A DNA stretch of 64,000 nt from an uncultured Candidatus Saccharibacteria bacterium (GTDB lineage: Bacteria > Patescibacteriota > Minisyncoccia > Phycocordibacterales > JAACPR01): positions 153,007 to 217,006 of the forward strand of contig CAZIEY010000002.1 of assembly GCA_964538855.1 (NCBI GenBank), given 5' to 3'. Within the stretch, counting starts at the first letter, position 1; each line of letters starts with the position of its first letter. The position numbers and the translations under genes were made by a program. The notes beneath the pieces are model-generated. The model searched no databases. It was not told the origin of the DNA and worked only from the letters and a program-made list of their open reading frames with translations. Of this stretch, positions 1-9,589 are shown one piece after another.

Positions 1-58
1 TACACTCGCATTATTAAATTGCCTTTGCGAAAGAACGACGCTACCAAAATGGCTCAAA

Positions 59-421
59 TTGAATTTGTATAATTTTATGGAAAAAATCATTGACGCAAAA
101 AACAAAAAGATTGGACGAGTCGCAAGCGCGGTGGCGAAAATTCTCCTTGGTAAAGACCAACCTGATTTTCAGAATCACGTCGTAGCTGATGTAAAAGTAA
201 TCATCAACAATGCTTCTCTTTCTGATGTTTCTGACAAGAAAAAGGGAACTACTACATACGAACGATACAGCGGATACCCAGGCGGTATCAAAATGGAAAG
301 CATGTCTCGTGTAATCGAGAAGAAAGGTTTTGCCGAAGTTTACAAACAAGCCGTCTACGGTATGCTTCCTCCAAATCGATTGCGAAAGGAACGCATGAAG
401 AATTTAACAGTAAACGAATAA
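59..421 (+). CDS. rplM: 50S ribosomal protein L13
   Basis: 120-aa ORF; N-terminal KKIGRVASAVAKILLGK... pattern typical of L13; immediately followed by S9 (conserved rplM-rpsI pair). Confidence 0.9.
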   Translation: MNLYNFMEKIIDAKNKKIGRVASAVAKILLGKDQPDFQNHVVADVKVIINNASLSDVSDKKKGTTTYERYSGYPGGIKMESMSRVIEKKGFAEVYKQAVYGMLPPNRLRKERMKNLTVNE

Positions 422-425
422 TACG

Positions 426-830
426 ATGGCAAAATCAGCAGAAAAATACATTGAATCAGTAGGACGACGCAAAACTGCAATCGCTCGAGTACGACTTACT
501 CCGGCTGCAAAGCAAAATTTTGTGATCAACGGAAAATCTCTCAAAGATTTCTTTACAGTTGACGCCCTCGTACGAATCGTTGAAGACGCATTTAACGTCG
601 CTGGTCTTGAACAAAAATACGCCGTTTCAGCACACGTGCTCGGAGGTGGTATCAATGGTCAAGCCGAAGCAGTTCGCCTCGGAATCGCACGTTCATTGAT
701 TAAAATCAATCTCGAATTGCGAAAGAACCTCAAAAAGGCTGGTTACCTCAAGCGAGATCCTCGAATCAAGGAACGAAAGAAGCCTGGTTTGAAGAAAGCT
801 CGAAAGGCTCCGCAGTGGTCAAAGCGTTAG
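426..830 (+). CDS. rpsI: 30S ribosomal protein S9
   Basis: 134 aa; GRRKTAIARV...; basic C-terminus ...KKARKAPQWSKR characteristic of S9. Confidence 0.9.
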   Translation: MAKSAEKYIESVGRRKTAIARVRLTPAAKQNFVINGKSLKDFFTVDALVRIVEDAFNVAGLEQKYAVSAHVLGGGINGQAEAVRLGIARSLIKINLELRKNLKKAGYLKRDPRIKERKKPGLKKARKAPQWSKR

Positions 831-835
831 TAAAA

Positions 836-946
836 CTACTTCAAAATTTAAAAGTCCTAGGGTCGCATCACGCACGTTCAGCAATGAATGTGCGTTTTGT
901 GTTGATGCTCAACCAGACATTTTAAATTTCGAAGTAGTTTGACTAT
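836..946. terminator. Long near-perfect inverted repeat (21-bp arms aaactacttcaaaatttaaaa / ttttaaatttcgaagtagttt) enclosing two nested sub-hairpins; likely rpsI operon terminator or small structured RNA
   Basis: Arms at ~837-859 and ~922-946 are reverse complements (1 mismatch); inner stems cgcacgttc/gaatgtgcg and gcatca/tgatgc seen directly. Confidence 0.4.
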
Positions 947-1024
947 TACCAGAAGGCGGTAGTTCTAAAGAAATTCTAAAGTTTTTTCTTGCCTCTGAAT
1001 AATGCGTGATGTATTTTGAGGTAG

Positions 1025-1468
1025 ATGGATAAAGATTTCAATACATGGAATACTAAGAAACAAGCAATTAACAACAAAGCACCTAATCGAGATTTATTTT
1101 TTCATCCTGGAGAATTATGGGAATGTTCGTTTGGAATTAATATTGGGGTAGAAATTGATGGAAAGAATGAAGATTATCAAAGACCTGCTTTGATAATAAA
1201 AAAGTTTAATGGAGATATGTTATGGGTTTTACCGTTGACTACAAAATTTAAAAATACAAAGTATCATTACAAATTACCTAATTCAGATATTGATACATAC
1301 GTTGTTCTATCCCAAATAAGAACTATCAGTTCAAAGAGATTGTTGCGTAGAATTGGCAGAATTGCTTCCTCAGTTTTTGACAACATTATTAAAGAGCTTA
1401 CAAAGATTCTAAATGACGAAAGCCCCCTTGCGGGAGCTTTCTCGGAGGCCGAAGCCACTAATGAATAA
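1025..1468 (+). CDS. MazF/PemK-family mRNA interferase-like toxin with ~30-aa N-terminal extension; no cognate antitoxin ORF found
   Basis: Core GELWECSFGINIGVEIDGK..RPALIIKK...WVLPLTTKFK...YVVLSQIRTISSKRLLRRIG matches PemK/MazF layout (G-D/E-h-W..F.P..G.E..G.RP.hhh...hP.T); 147 aa. Confidence 0.6.
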   Translation: MDKDFNTWNTKKQAINNKAPNRDLFFHPGELWECSFGINIGVEIDGKNEDYQRPALIIKKFNGDMLWVLPLTTKFKNTKYHYKLPNSDIDTYVVLSQIRTISSKRLLRRIGRIASSVFDNIIKELTKILNDESPLAGAFSEAEATNE

Positions 1469-1520
1469 AATATAGCAGCTCAGAGAAAAAAGTCAACTTG
1501 ATATTTTGACTGTGTTTTGT

Positions 1521-1549
1521 TTGACACCTAATTTACAGGATGGTAATGT
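1521..1549 (+). promoter_or_regulatory. sigma70-like promoter ttgaca-N17-taatgt preceding structured non-coding region
   Basis: gtTTGACAcctaatttacaggatggTAATGTttg read directly. Confidence 0.35.
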
Positions 1550-1555
1550 TTGCAC

Positions 1556-1835
1556 GTTGAGCGCAAAACGAGAAGGCTACTGATCTGGGGGGGGAAACTC
1601 TCGGATTTAGATGGTTCGAATCCATCACTCGGTTCTGTGAGCAAGCTTGGTATGTATAGAATAGGCTGGGAGCCGATGAAGTGTCAGGTCACACTGACAT
1701 AGAGGCGTCAGTGGAATACCACTCTTACCAAGCTAAAATCTATTCTGTGATATGGCATGAATCACAGGATAAGCTCGAGGATTGCTCAACTTTGCGGCAC
1801 CCTTATCTCTTGCCTTGGGTGCCGTTTTTCTATAC
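1556..1835 (+). ncRNA. Candidate structured non-coding RNA of unknown class (contains canonical tRNA T-arm gatgg-TTCGAAT-ccatc, pseudoknot-like overlapping helices, terminal hairpin+T-run)
   Basis: 414-nt ORF-free gap between the toxin-like gene and grpE; GGTTCGAATCC at 1613-1623; helices tgtcag/ctgaca, cactgac/gtcagtg, agcttggta/taccaagct; bounded by promoter and terminator. Confidence 0.35.
1795..1832 (+). terminator. Rho-independent terminator cggcaccc-N15-gggtgccg followed by TTTTT
   Basis: 8-bp GC-rich stem and T-run seen directly; sits ~20 nt upstream of grpE -35. Confidence 0.5.
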
Positions 1836-1882
1836 TCCATACTTGGTTTGAAAACCCCGCTTTTTTTGCTATAATACCCCTC

Positions 1883-2434
1883 ATGACAGACGAAATTGTA
1901 TATGAAAACGGCGACGAAGCCACAAATTCATTCGGCACAACAGCCGACGACAAGGTCGCCACACTTAAAAAGCAATTAGAAGAAGCGCTCGCGCAGAAGC
2001 AGGAATATTTGGACGGCTGGCAACGCAGCAAGGCCGACTATATCAACCTCAAAAAACGCTCCGAGGAAGAGCGTGCGAACGTGCGTGACTACGCCACCGA
2101 GGATTTTGCATTGAGCATCATTCCCGTCATCGACAGCTTTGAAATGGCGTTCAAGAATGAGAAAGCTCTCGAAAATGTTCCAAAAGTCTGGACCGAGGGC
2201 GTGAAATACATTTTCAATCAATTAATCGCAGCACTCGCGGGGTACGACATCAAACCAATCGATCCACAGGGCGAAATGTACGATGTGAATAAACACACCG
2301 CTCAGGAAATGGTCAAAGTCGATTCAGAAGCCGACAACGGCAAAATCGTCGAGGTCATTCAAAAAGGCTACGAATTCAAAGGTAAGATGATTCGACATGC
2401 GGTGGTGAAGGTGGGGGAGATTAAAGAGTTGTAG
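1883..2434 (+). CDS. grpE: Nucleotide exchange factor GrpE
   Basis: Start chosen at MTDEIVYENG (ATG 6 nt after a perfect TATAAT at 1871-1876; upstream part of the long ORF looks non-coding); coiled-coil + C-terminal beta domain typical of GrpE. Confidence 0.85.
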   Translation: MTDEIVYENGDEATNSFGTTADDKVATLKKQLEEALAQKQEYLDGWQRSKADYINLKKRSEEERANVRDYATEDFALSIIPVIDSFEMAFKNEKALENVPKVWTEGVKYIFNQLIAALAGYDIKPIDPQGEMYDVNKHTAQEMVKVDSEADNGKIVEVIQKGYEFKGKMIRHAVVKVGEIKEL

Positions 2435-2444
2435 TAGTTAAAAT

Positions 2445-3092
2445 ATGAAAAAATTTCTACGCATATTATCTTATTTAGCTCTTGGGTTAATAGTACTCTG
2501 TCTTTGCTACGGATTTTTTCTTAATCTAACACTGAAAGAACACATTGGTGCCTCGAGTCAAGAATTTTACATATCAATGCGACAGACAGATGAATTTTAT
2601 AAGCATGGTCTGTGCTCAGACATTCTCATAGTTTACCCTTGGCAAAATCCATCTCATAATCCAACGCAGGATTATTCCTCAAAAACCCACTGTGAGATGG
2701 TAGATAAAGAAAATCCTTTTGACTTTACGTACGTAAAGTCCTGGGGAAATAAGAAAGATATATCTGCTTTTGGTTATACTACCCACCCATTTACTTTAGT
2801 TAAAAAACTTTTCTTTAATAATCCATCCTCTATTTGTATTGAAGGAGTTCAGCAACCACTTCATTTACAAGAAAATATTTACTCAACGGAGTGGTTTTCT
2901 GTCAGAGGTCTAGAATATTCAATCGTTATGACAGAATCAGATAAAAATGATTGGGTAGGTATTATTAAAAATTTATCAGCAAGTAACGACAAGCCCGCAA
3001 AAGCGTTTCTTGTTAAGAAAGATAGTTGTAATAACATTAACGAGTCGGATGTATTAAAAACATATCCAATCAAATTTAATACTAATTGGTAG
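2445..3092 (+). CDS. Hypothetical protein with N-terminal transmembrane/signal segment, inserted between grpE and dnaK
   Basis: 215-aa ORF, hydrophobic N-terminus LALGLIVLCLCYGFFL; no recognisable motif. Confidence 0.5.
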   Translation: MKKFLRILSYLALGLIVLCLCYGFFLNLTLKEHIGASSQEFYISMRQTDEFYKHGLCSDILIVYPWQNPSHNPTQDYSSKTHCEMVDKENPFDFTYVKSWGNKKDISAFGYTTHPFTLVKKLFFNNPSSICIEGVQQPLHLQENIYSTEWFSVRGLEYSIVMTESDKNDWVGIIKNLSASNDKPAKAFLVKKDSCNNINESDVLKTYPIKFNTNW

Positions 3093-3139
3093 TGATAAAA
3101 GCATCTTGATTTTCTCCACATTTACCATATAATACACCC

Positions 3140-3439
3140 ATGTTCGCCCTATCCGCACAGCAAAAATACTTCCAAAAAGAAGTCGTTCTGCCAAACGGCT
3201 CAAAGGCTATTGTCTTCTTCGAGCTCGTTGAAACTAACGGCCGAATTGTTGCTCGCGCTGTTAACGTTCAAATCATTTCCGAGGCTAAGGCGTCTGCATC
3301 TGTCGTCTACCTTCCGGTTTCAATTACTCGTGCAATTTTTGCACCGGTTGTTGCTTTCTATTCAAACTATGTTGCTCCAATTGTCGAAGAACTTTCTTTC
3401 ATCACAAGCCAACCAACTCGCGCGCCATCTCTCGCTTAA
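3140..3439 (+). CDS. Hypothetical protein (99 aa)
   Basis: ORF only; position between grpE and dnaK. Confidence 0.35.
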   Translation: MFALSAQQKYFQKEVVLPNGSKAIVFFELVETNGRIVARAVNVQIISEAKASASVVYLPVSITRAIFAPVVAFYSNYVAPIVEELSFITSQPTRAPSLA

Positions 3440-3494
3440 AATTTCGTAGCTTTTTATTAACAAAGCTTTTACAAATTTTAACCTAAATAAAAAT

Positions 3495-5387
3495 ATGGCA
3501 AAAATAATTGGTATTGACCTCGGTACTACTAACTCCGCGGTTGCATTCGTAGAAGGTGGCGAACCTCGCATCATTGAAAACGTCGAAGGAAATCGCACGA
3601 CACCTTCAATCGTAGGTATTACTCGAAATAATGAACGACTCGTTGGGCAAATCGCAAAACGACAAGCGGTGACAAATCCAAAAAACACTGTCTACGGTAT
3701 CAAACGATTCATTGGACACGCGTTCGACGAACCAGCTTTGGACAAAGACAAGAAAACCGTTCCATACGAAATCAAAAAGTCTGACACAAACGGTGTGCTC
3801 GTGAAAATGGGTGACAAAGAATATCGTCCAGAAGAAATTTCGGCGATGATTTTGACAAAGTTGAAGAATGACGCAGAAGCAAAGCTCGGTGAAAAAATTA
3901 CCGAAGCAGTTATTACCGTTCCTGCATACTTCAACGACTCACAACGCCAAGCTACAAAAGACGCGGGTAAAATCGCGGGGCTTGATGTAAAACGAATCAT
4001 CAATGAACCGACTGCGGCGGCTCTTGCGTACGGCTTCAACAAAAATAAAGACGAGAAAATCGTAGTGTACGACTTCGGAGGTGGAACATTCGATATTTCG
4101 GTGCTTGAAGTTGCTGACAACGTGATCGAAGTGAAATCGACAGACGGAGACTCACATATGGGTGGACGCGACATCGATCAGAAAATCATGCGATTCATCA
4201 TCGATGAATTCAAAAAGGATACTGGAATCGATGTGTCAAAAGACGCGCTCGCGTTGCAACGAATCGACGAAGCGGCTGAAAAAGCAAAAATGGAATTGTC
4301 GACTTCAATGGAAACAGAAGTTAACATTCCATTCATCGCGACTGGTCAAAATGGTCCGGAACACCTCGTCAAAAAAATAACTCGAGCAAAATTGGAGGAA
4401 CTTTCTGCAGAATTCATTGAACGATCTATCGAAATTACAAAGCGTGCGATGGCGGCTTCTCCTTTCAAAATCAACGAAATTAACGAAGTGATTTTGGTTG
4501 GTGGACAAACTCGTATGCCAAAAATTATCGAAGAAGTGAAAAAACTTTTCGGTAAGGAACCAAACAAGGGCGTAAACCCTGACGAAGTGGTGGCAATCGG
4601 TGCTGCAATTCAAGCCGGAATTTTGCAAGGTGACGTGAAAGACGTGCTCTTGCTCGACGTGATTCCACTTTCTCTTGGAATTGAAACAATGGGAGGTGTC
4701 GCGACAAAATTGATTGAGAAAAACAAAACGATTCCAACAACGGCTTCACAAGTTTTCTCTACCGCAGCCGACAATCAGACGCAAGTCGAAATCAACATTG
4801 TCCAGGGTGAACGCGCAATGGCGGCCGACAACAAATCGCTCGGACGATTCGTGCTCGATGGAATTCCACCAGCTCCACGCGGCGTGCCTCAAGTCGAAGT
4901 AACGTTTGATATCGACGCAAACGGAATTTTGAACGTAAAGGCGACTGACAAAGCTTCTAAAAAAGAACAAACCATTCGTATTGAAGCGAGCTCGTCTCTC
5001 TCAAAAGAAGAAATTGAAAAGATGAAAAAAGACGCCGAAATGCACGAAGCCGACGACAAGAAAAAGAAAGAAGTCATCGACGCGAAAAACATGGCGGAAC
5101 AAATGGCGTACACTGCGGAAAAAGCGCTCAAAGACGCAGGCGACAAAGTGCCAGCTGATATAAAAACTTCTGTTGAAGCGAAAATCAAAGAAGTTCGCGA
5201 AGTCGCGGCAAAAGATTCACTCGACGACATCAAAAAAGTTTCGACTGAACTTTCTACAGAAATGCAGAAAATCGGTGAATTCATGAGCAAGCAAAATGCT
5301 GAAGCTCCAAAAGCTGACGCAAAAGATGCTGGCACAACTGCCGATTCAGGAAACGTTCGCGACGCGGAAGCTGAAGATAAGAAATAA
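3495..5387 (+). CDS. dnaK: Chaperone DnaK (Hsp70)
   Basis: [17 protein letters not shown]..., [19 protein letters not shown] Hsp70 signatures; 630 aa. Confidence 0.95.
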   Translation: MAKIIGIDLGTTNSAVAFVEGGEPRIIENVEGNRTTPSIVGITRNNERLVGQIAKRQAVTNPKNTVYGIKRFIGHAFDEPALDKDKKTVPYEIKKSDTNGVLVKMGDKEYRPEEISAMILTKLKNDAEAKLGEKITEAVITVPAYFNDSQRQATKDAGKIAGLDVKRIINEPTAAALAYGFNKNKDEKIVVYDFGGGTFDISVLEVADNVIEVKSTDGDSHMGGRDIDQKIMRFIIDEFKKDTGIDVSKDALALQRIDEAAEKAKMELSTSMETEVNIPFIATGQNGPEHLVKKITRAKLEELSAEFIERSIEITKRAMAASPFKINEINEVILVGGQTRMPKIIEEVKKLFGKEPNKGVNPDEVVAIGAAIQAGILQGDVKDVLLLDVIPLSLGIETMGGVATKLIEKNKTIPTTASQVFSTAADNQTQVEINIVQGERAMAADNKSLGRFVLDGIPPAPRGVPQVEVTFDIDANGILNVKATDKASKKEQTIRIEASSSLSKEEIEKMKKDAEMHEADDKKKKEVIDAKNMAEQMAYTAEKALKDAGDKVPADIKTSVEAKIKEVREVAAKDSLDDIKKVSTELSTEMQKIGEFMSKQNAEAPKADAKDAGTTADSGNVRDAEAEDKK

Positions 5388-5389
5388 TA

Positions 5390-6280
5390 ATGACAAAAGA
5401 CTTCTACAACATATTGGGCGTGACAAAATCTGCGAGCAAAGACGACATTAAAAAAGCGTATCGCAAATTAGCGCATGAACATCACCCGGATAAACCCGGC
5501 GGAAACGAGGCCAAGTTTAAAGAGATAAACGAGGCATATTCTGTGCTATCTGACGACACGAAACGTGGCCAATATGATCAATTCGGACAGACCTTTAACG
5601 GTGCCGGAGGTGGTCATGGTGCGGGTGGTTTCGGAGGCTTCGGTCAAGGTGGATTCGAGGGTTTTGATTTCTCGCAATTCACGAATGGCGCGGGAGGCGG
5701 TTTTGAATTCGACCTGAACGACATTTTGGGCGGTATGTTTGGAGGAGGGCGTCGTCGCCAGCGAAAAGGTGCGGATATTTCTATCGATATTGAAATCGAT
5801 TTCAAGGATTCGATTTTAGGTGTCTCTCGCGAAATAAATTTCGCGCGTAAAACCGGTGGCACAGAACATATCAAAGTAAATGTTCCACCTGGCATCGATA
5901 GTGGAGAAATGATTCGCTACACCGGCCGCGGTGAGCAAATTCCTGATGGTCAGCCGGGCGACTTGTACGTGCGCATTCACGTGAAGCCGCATAAAAGACT
6001 TCGCAAAGAGGGGTATCATTTAGTCACAGAAGAAAAAATCACGCTTTCAGAATCAATTTTGGGAGCGAAAAAAGATATTGAATCTGTTGATGGTGTTATC
6101 ACTGTGAAAATTCCAGAGGGAAGCAAACATGGCGAAGTATTGCGCGTACGTGGACGTGGCGTACCAGTATCGACTCGTGAAGTAGGAGACTTGCTCATCA
6201 AGATTTCCGTCGAATATCCAAAAAAGTTATCAAAGAAAGCAAAAGAAGCGATAGAGATATTGCAAAAAGAGGGGATGTAA
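5390..6280 (+). CDS. dnaJ: DnaJ/CbpA-like J-domain co-chaperone lacking the CxxCxGxG zinc-finger domain
   Basis: J domain with HPD (AHEHHPDK), Gly/Phe-rich linker, C-terminal substrate-binding domains; no Cys repeats; 296 aa. Confidence 0.8.
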   Translation: MTKDFYNILGVTKSASKDDIKKAYRKLAHEHHPDKPGGNEAKFKEINEAYSVLSDDTKRGQYDQFGQTFNGAGGGHGAGGFGGFGQGGFEGFDFSQFTNGAGGGFEFDLNDILGGMFGGGRRRQRKGADISIDIEIDFKDSILGVSREINFARKTGGTEHIKVNVPPGIDSGEMIRYTGRGEQIPDGQPGDLYVRIHVKPHKRLRKEGYHLVTEEKITLSESILGAKKDIESVDGVITVKIPEGSKHGEVLRVRGRGVPVSTREVGDLLIKISVEYPKKLSKKAKEAIEILQKEGM

Positions 6281-6326
6281 ACAGGCTGTGGATGCAGAAA
6301 TGAACCGCCTGGAGTATAATTGAGAA

Positions 6327-6794
6327 ATGACGCACCTTGGGTTTTTAACAGTCGATATTATTGTGCTGGTTGCACTTTTTATTGGACTATTTCTCATCAC
6401 GTGGCACACAGAAAAAAGATTAATTATTTCATTAATCTTGTCTGCATACCCAACACTGCTCGTCTTCAAAAATTTTCCTTATCTCAAACTAGGAGCCGGA
6501 TTGCCCCAAGCAATCTGGTTTTTAGTTATATACGTCGTTATCTCGGGAATTACGTGGCGTTGCATTCACATGCGCCGAGTGTACAGTCACTTCAGAAAAA
6601 TCTTTGACTATAGCGTCCTGACCCTGTCCTATCTAGCCCTGATGATTTCAATCTCGACTCACGCAGCACCAGCACTTCAAAATATATACACGTTTAGCGG
6701 AATTTTCTCACGCTTTGTCGAAAGTCTCGATTTCGGTCTCATCCTCATCATCCCAATAATAGCCATCCTAATTACAAGTAAATCTGATTCCTAA
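6327..6794 (+). CDS. Hypothetical multi-pass membrane protein
   Basis: 155 aa, 4 predicted hydrophobic helices. Confidence 0.4.
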   Translation: MTHLGFLTVDIIVLVALFIGLFLITWHTEKRLIISLILSAYPTLLVFKNFPYLKLGAGLPQAIWFLVIYVVISGITWRCIHMRRVYSHFRKIFDYSVLTLSYLALMISISTHAAPALQNIYTFSGIFSRFVESLDFGLILIIPIIAILITSKSDS

Positions 6795-6795
6795 T

Positions 6796-7845
6796 ATGAA
6801 CTTATCAATCGCCATCTCCGTCATAATTTTAATCGTGATTGTCGCGAGTGTTTATATTATTTCTATCAACTTTATACATTCGCGAAGCAAGAAATTAGAC
6901 TTACGATTTAAAAGTATCTCCGTACAGTTACTCGCGATGACAGTATGGATTACTATTCTCAGCAATATTTTCTTCCCAAGAAATTTACTCATGATTGCTG
7001 ACCATGGTATTGGACTTGTTATTTTTGGAATTTCGCTCATAGTGGGAATTTTGCTCATTCGCAGCATGTTCCGCGAAGTAGAAATAGAAGCAGACGTCGA
7101 GAAATTAATTGGGAAACTCCATCGAAATAACATTCTTCTCAAAAAAGTTGACGTTCAGAAAAATGAATTCGTATCACTTGCATCGCATCAATTACGCGGA
7201 CCTCTCACGAATATTTACGGCTATATATCAATGATTTTGGATGGTGATTATGGCGAAGTTCCTGAACATTTACGTGAACCAATCAATCGAATTTTCAAGT
7301 CGAGCACATTTTTAGGCTTCCTCATCAATGACTTTTTAAATGTGAGCCGAATCGATAAAGGTGAAATGGAATACACTATTCAGGATTTTGATGTGAGCAC
7401 GATGCTCGATCAGCTCATGAAAGAATTTCAGTTGGTGGCGAAAACTGCACACCTCGATTTCATGCGCGAATTTAATGAGGCCGATAAAATAATGGTCAGA
7501 GCAGATCTCAATAAAACCAAGCAGATCATTTCTAATTTGCTTGATAATGCAATTAAATACACACCAAAAGGATACGTTGCGCTTGGATATAAAGTTGACT
7601 CAAAGAAAATAACTATTGCTATTCGAGACTCTGGTATTGGGCTCGGGACTTCAATGAAAGAAAACCTCTTCAAAAAATTCAGTCGCGACAAGGAGGCTTC
7701 AAAAGTCAATATTTCTGGATCTGGATTAGGTCTCTATGTAGCAGCGGTGATGATAAAGGGTATGGATGGTCGTATTTGGGCTGAATCTGCTGGTCCAGGC
7801 AAGGGCACCACATTCTATGTAGAGCTTCCTCTCGCTACCAAATAA
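6796..7845 (+). CDS. Membrane-bound sensor histidine kinase (orphan, no adjacent response regulator)
   Basis: Two N-terminal TM helices; H-box SLASHQLRGPLTNIYGY; N/G1/G2 boxes NLLDNAIKYT, DSGIGL, GSGLGLY. Confidence 0.8.
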   Translation: MNLSIAISVIILIVIVASVYIISINFIHSRSKKLDLRFKSISVQLLAMTVWITILSNIFFPRNLLMIADHGIGLVIFGISLIVGILLIRSMFREVEIEADVEKLIGKLHRNNILLKKVDVQKNEFVSLASHQLRGPLTNIYGYISMILDGDYGEVPEHLREPINRIFKSSTFLGFLINDFLNVSRIDKGEMEYTIQDFDVSTMLDQLMKEFQLVAKTAHLDFMREFNEADKIMVRADLNKTKQIISNLLDNAIKYTPKGYVALGYKVDSKKITIAIRDSGIGLGTSMKENLFKKFSRDKEASKVNISGSGLGLYVAAVMIKGMDGRIWAESAGPGKGTTFYVELPLATK

Positions 7846-7871
7846 GGCAATAATTTGATATTCTATAGGGT

Positions 7872-8846
7872 ATGAAAAAGACACTTGTATCAGGAGTTAA
7901 ACCGACAGGACGCCCTCATCTGGGTAATTATTTTGGGGCGATGAAACAATTTGTTGATCTGCAAAATGATTACAACGCTCATATTTTTATTGCTGATTTT
8001 CATGCACTAACAAGCGTTAGTAATGGTGCGGAGATGCGTCAATCAATAATCGATTTAGCTCTCGATTATTTAGCGATTGGTCTTGATCCGAAAAAAATGG
8101 TTTTATTTAAGCAATCAGATATTCCAGAAGTAACCGAGCTCGCTTGGATTTTTAGTTGCATCACAACTATGCCGTACTTAATGCGCGCTCATGCGTTCAA
8201 AGATGCTGAAGCAAAAAACAAAGAAGTGAATGTTGGTCTATTCAATTATCCGGTTCTCATGGCTGCTGATATTTTACTACCCGGAGCAGAAGTCGTGCCG
8301 GTTGGAAAAGATCAAAAACAACACGTTGAAATTGCTCGTGATATTGCCGAAAAGTTTAATCGAATATTTGGTGATACGTTCAAATTGCCGGAAGCAAAGA
8401 TTTTAGAATCCGTCGCTACTGTTCCAGGGACTGATGGTCAAAAGATGAGTAAGAGTTACAAAAATACCATCCCGCTTTTTGCTTCTGATGGAGAAATTCG
8501 TTCAGCAGTCATGAAGATTCCAACGGATTCAGCTGGAATTAATGATTCCAAAAATCCTGACGAGAGTATTCTATTCCAAATTCATTCATTAATTTTGGAT
8601 GAAAAAAACAAAGAAGAGTTACGCAATAAATTTATCAATGGAGGAGTTGGGTATAAAGATTTGAAGGAAGGTCTTATAAAAGATCTTGTTGAATTTATAT
8701 CTCCGATGCGTACTAGACGAGAAGCACTTGAAAAAGATATCTCAGGAGTATCAAAGATTTTACAGGAAGGTGGCCAGAAAATGCGAAATATAATTGAATC
8801 TAAAATGGTAGAGATTCGTCAAAAAGTCGGAAATAAACTTTACTAA
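7872..8846 (+). CDS. trpS: Tryptophanyl-tRNA synthetase
   Basis: GVKPTGRPHLGNYFG (HIGH-type) and KMSKS motifs; 324 aa. Confidence 0.9.
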   Translation: MKKTLVSGVKPTGRPHLGNYFGAMKQFVDLQNDYNAHIFIADFHALTSVSNGAEMRQSIIDLALDYLAIGLDPKKMVLFKQSDIPEVTELAWIFSCITTMPYLMRAHAFKDAEAKNKEVNVGLFNYPVLMAADILLPGAEVVPVGKDQKQHVEIARDIAEKFNRIFGDTFKLPEAKILESVATVPGTDGQKMSKSYKNTIPLFASDGEIRSAVMKIPTDSAGINDSKNPDESILFQIHSLILDEKNKEELRNKFINGGVGYKDLKEGLIKDLVEFISPMRTRREALEKDISGVSKILQEGGQKMRNIIESKMVEIRQKVGNKLY

Positions 8847-8850
8847 GAAG

Positions 8851-9585
8851 ATGAATGCAGGCACCTTTTCAATTAAAACGGAGGGTTTTGAGGGTCCGCT
8901 CGACCTGCTCCTTTCGCTTATAGAGAAGAGAAAATTACTTATTAACGATGTTTCACTCGCCAAAATTACTGACGATTACATCGAATTTATCAAGTCTTCC
9001 GATCATTATTCAATCAAAGACAATTCGCACTTCATTTTGATTGCATCAACGTTGCTATTGATCAAGTCTAAATCGCTTTTACCTAACCTTGAATTAACAT
9101 TGGAGGAACAGCACAGTATCGAAGACCTTGAAACTCGACTCAAGATTTTCAAAGTTATAAAAGATTCGGAACACCGCATCTCTGAAATGTTTGGAAACCA
9201 CCCATCTTTTTTTAGTGAAGGAGTTGTTTCTCAGGAAGCAGTATTTGCGCCTCCACAAAACTTGGATTTGAAGATGATTCAAAATACAATCGCGGCAGTT
9301 CTAAAAAGTCTTCCTAAAAAAGAGACGCTACCTGCGACTGTGGTGAAAAAAATAGTCAGTCTCGAGGAAACAATTGTGAAATTAACCGAACGAGTCCGTC
9401 AAAGTATCAATATGAGCTTCCGAGAGTTTTCAAATTTTGGAAAAGAAGATAAAATAAACATTGTTGTTAGTTTCTTGGCGATGCTTGAACTTGTAAAACA
9501 GGGTATTATAGAGACAAGTCAACATAATCATTTTGGAGATATTGAAATCCAAACCAAATCTGTCGAAACACCAAATTATTCTTAA
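8851..9585 (+). CDS. scpA: Segregation and condensation protein A
   Basis: FEGPLDLLLSLIEKRKL... N-terminal ScpA signature; followed by scpB. Confidence 0.8.
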   Translation: MNAGTFSIKTEGFEGPLDLLLSLIEKRKLLINDVSLAKITDDYIEFIKSSDHYSIKDNSHFILIASTLLLIKSKSLLPNLELTLEEQHSIEDLETRLKIFKVIKDSEHRISEMFGNHPSFFSEGVVSQEAVFAPPQNLDLKMIQNTIAAVLKSLPKKETLPATVVKKIVSLEETIVKLTERVRQSINMSFREFSNFGKEDKINIVVSFLAMLELVKQGIIETSQHNHFGDIEIQTKSVETPNYS

Positions 9586-9589
9586 TACC

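Noticed and set aside
836-946. Small SRP (4.5S) RNA assignment for the 110-nt hairpin
   Set aside because: There is no GNRA/URRC apical tetraloop with the conserved AGGAAGCAGCC-type symmetric loop. It is kept only as an unexplained structure.
1588-1634. Tried to fold a canonical tRNA around the GGTTCGAATCC T-arm
   Set aside because: No anticodon stem pairs with either a 4- or 5-nt variable loop. No complementary 5' acceptor strand (accgagt) was found, and G3:U70 for a tmRNA acceptor is not satisfied. Reported as unknown structured RNA instead.
1795-1832. CIRCE/HrcA operator upstream of grpE
   Set aside because: The inverted repeat is GGCACCC-N15-GGGTGCC, not TTAGCACTC-N9-GAGTGCTAA. It is followed by a T-run and behaves like a terminator.
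1556-1882. RNase P RNA on the minus strand (acagaaccgag resembles P4 3' strand ACAGAAnCCGGCUUA)
   Set aside because: The match is followed by the T-arm hairpin rather than the P1 3' strand. No GGAAAGUCCGG (CR-I) partner or GGUGAAA (CR-II) was found.
3692-5335. Minus-strand ORFs inside dnaK (3692..4174, 4305..4628, 4889..5335) and similar antisense ORFs inside nrdA, ctpA, cysS
   Set aside because: They lie fully within strongly supported genes on the opposite strand and have low-complexity translations, so they are shadow ORFs.
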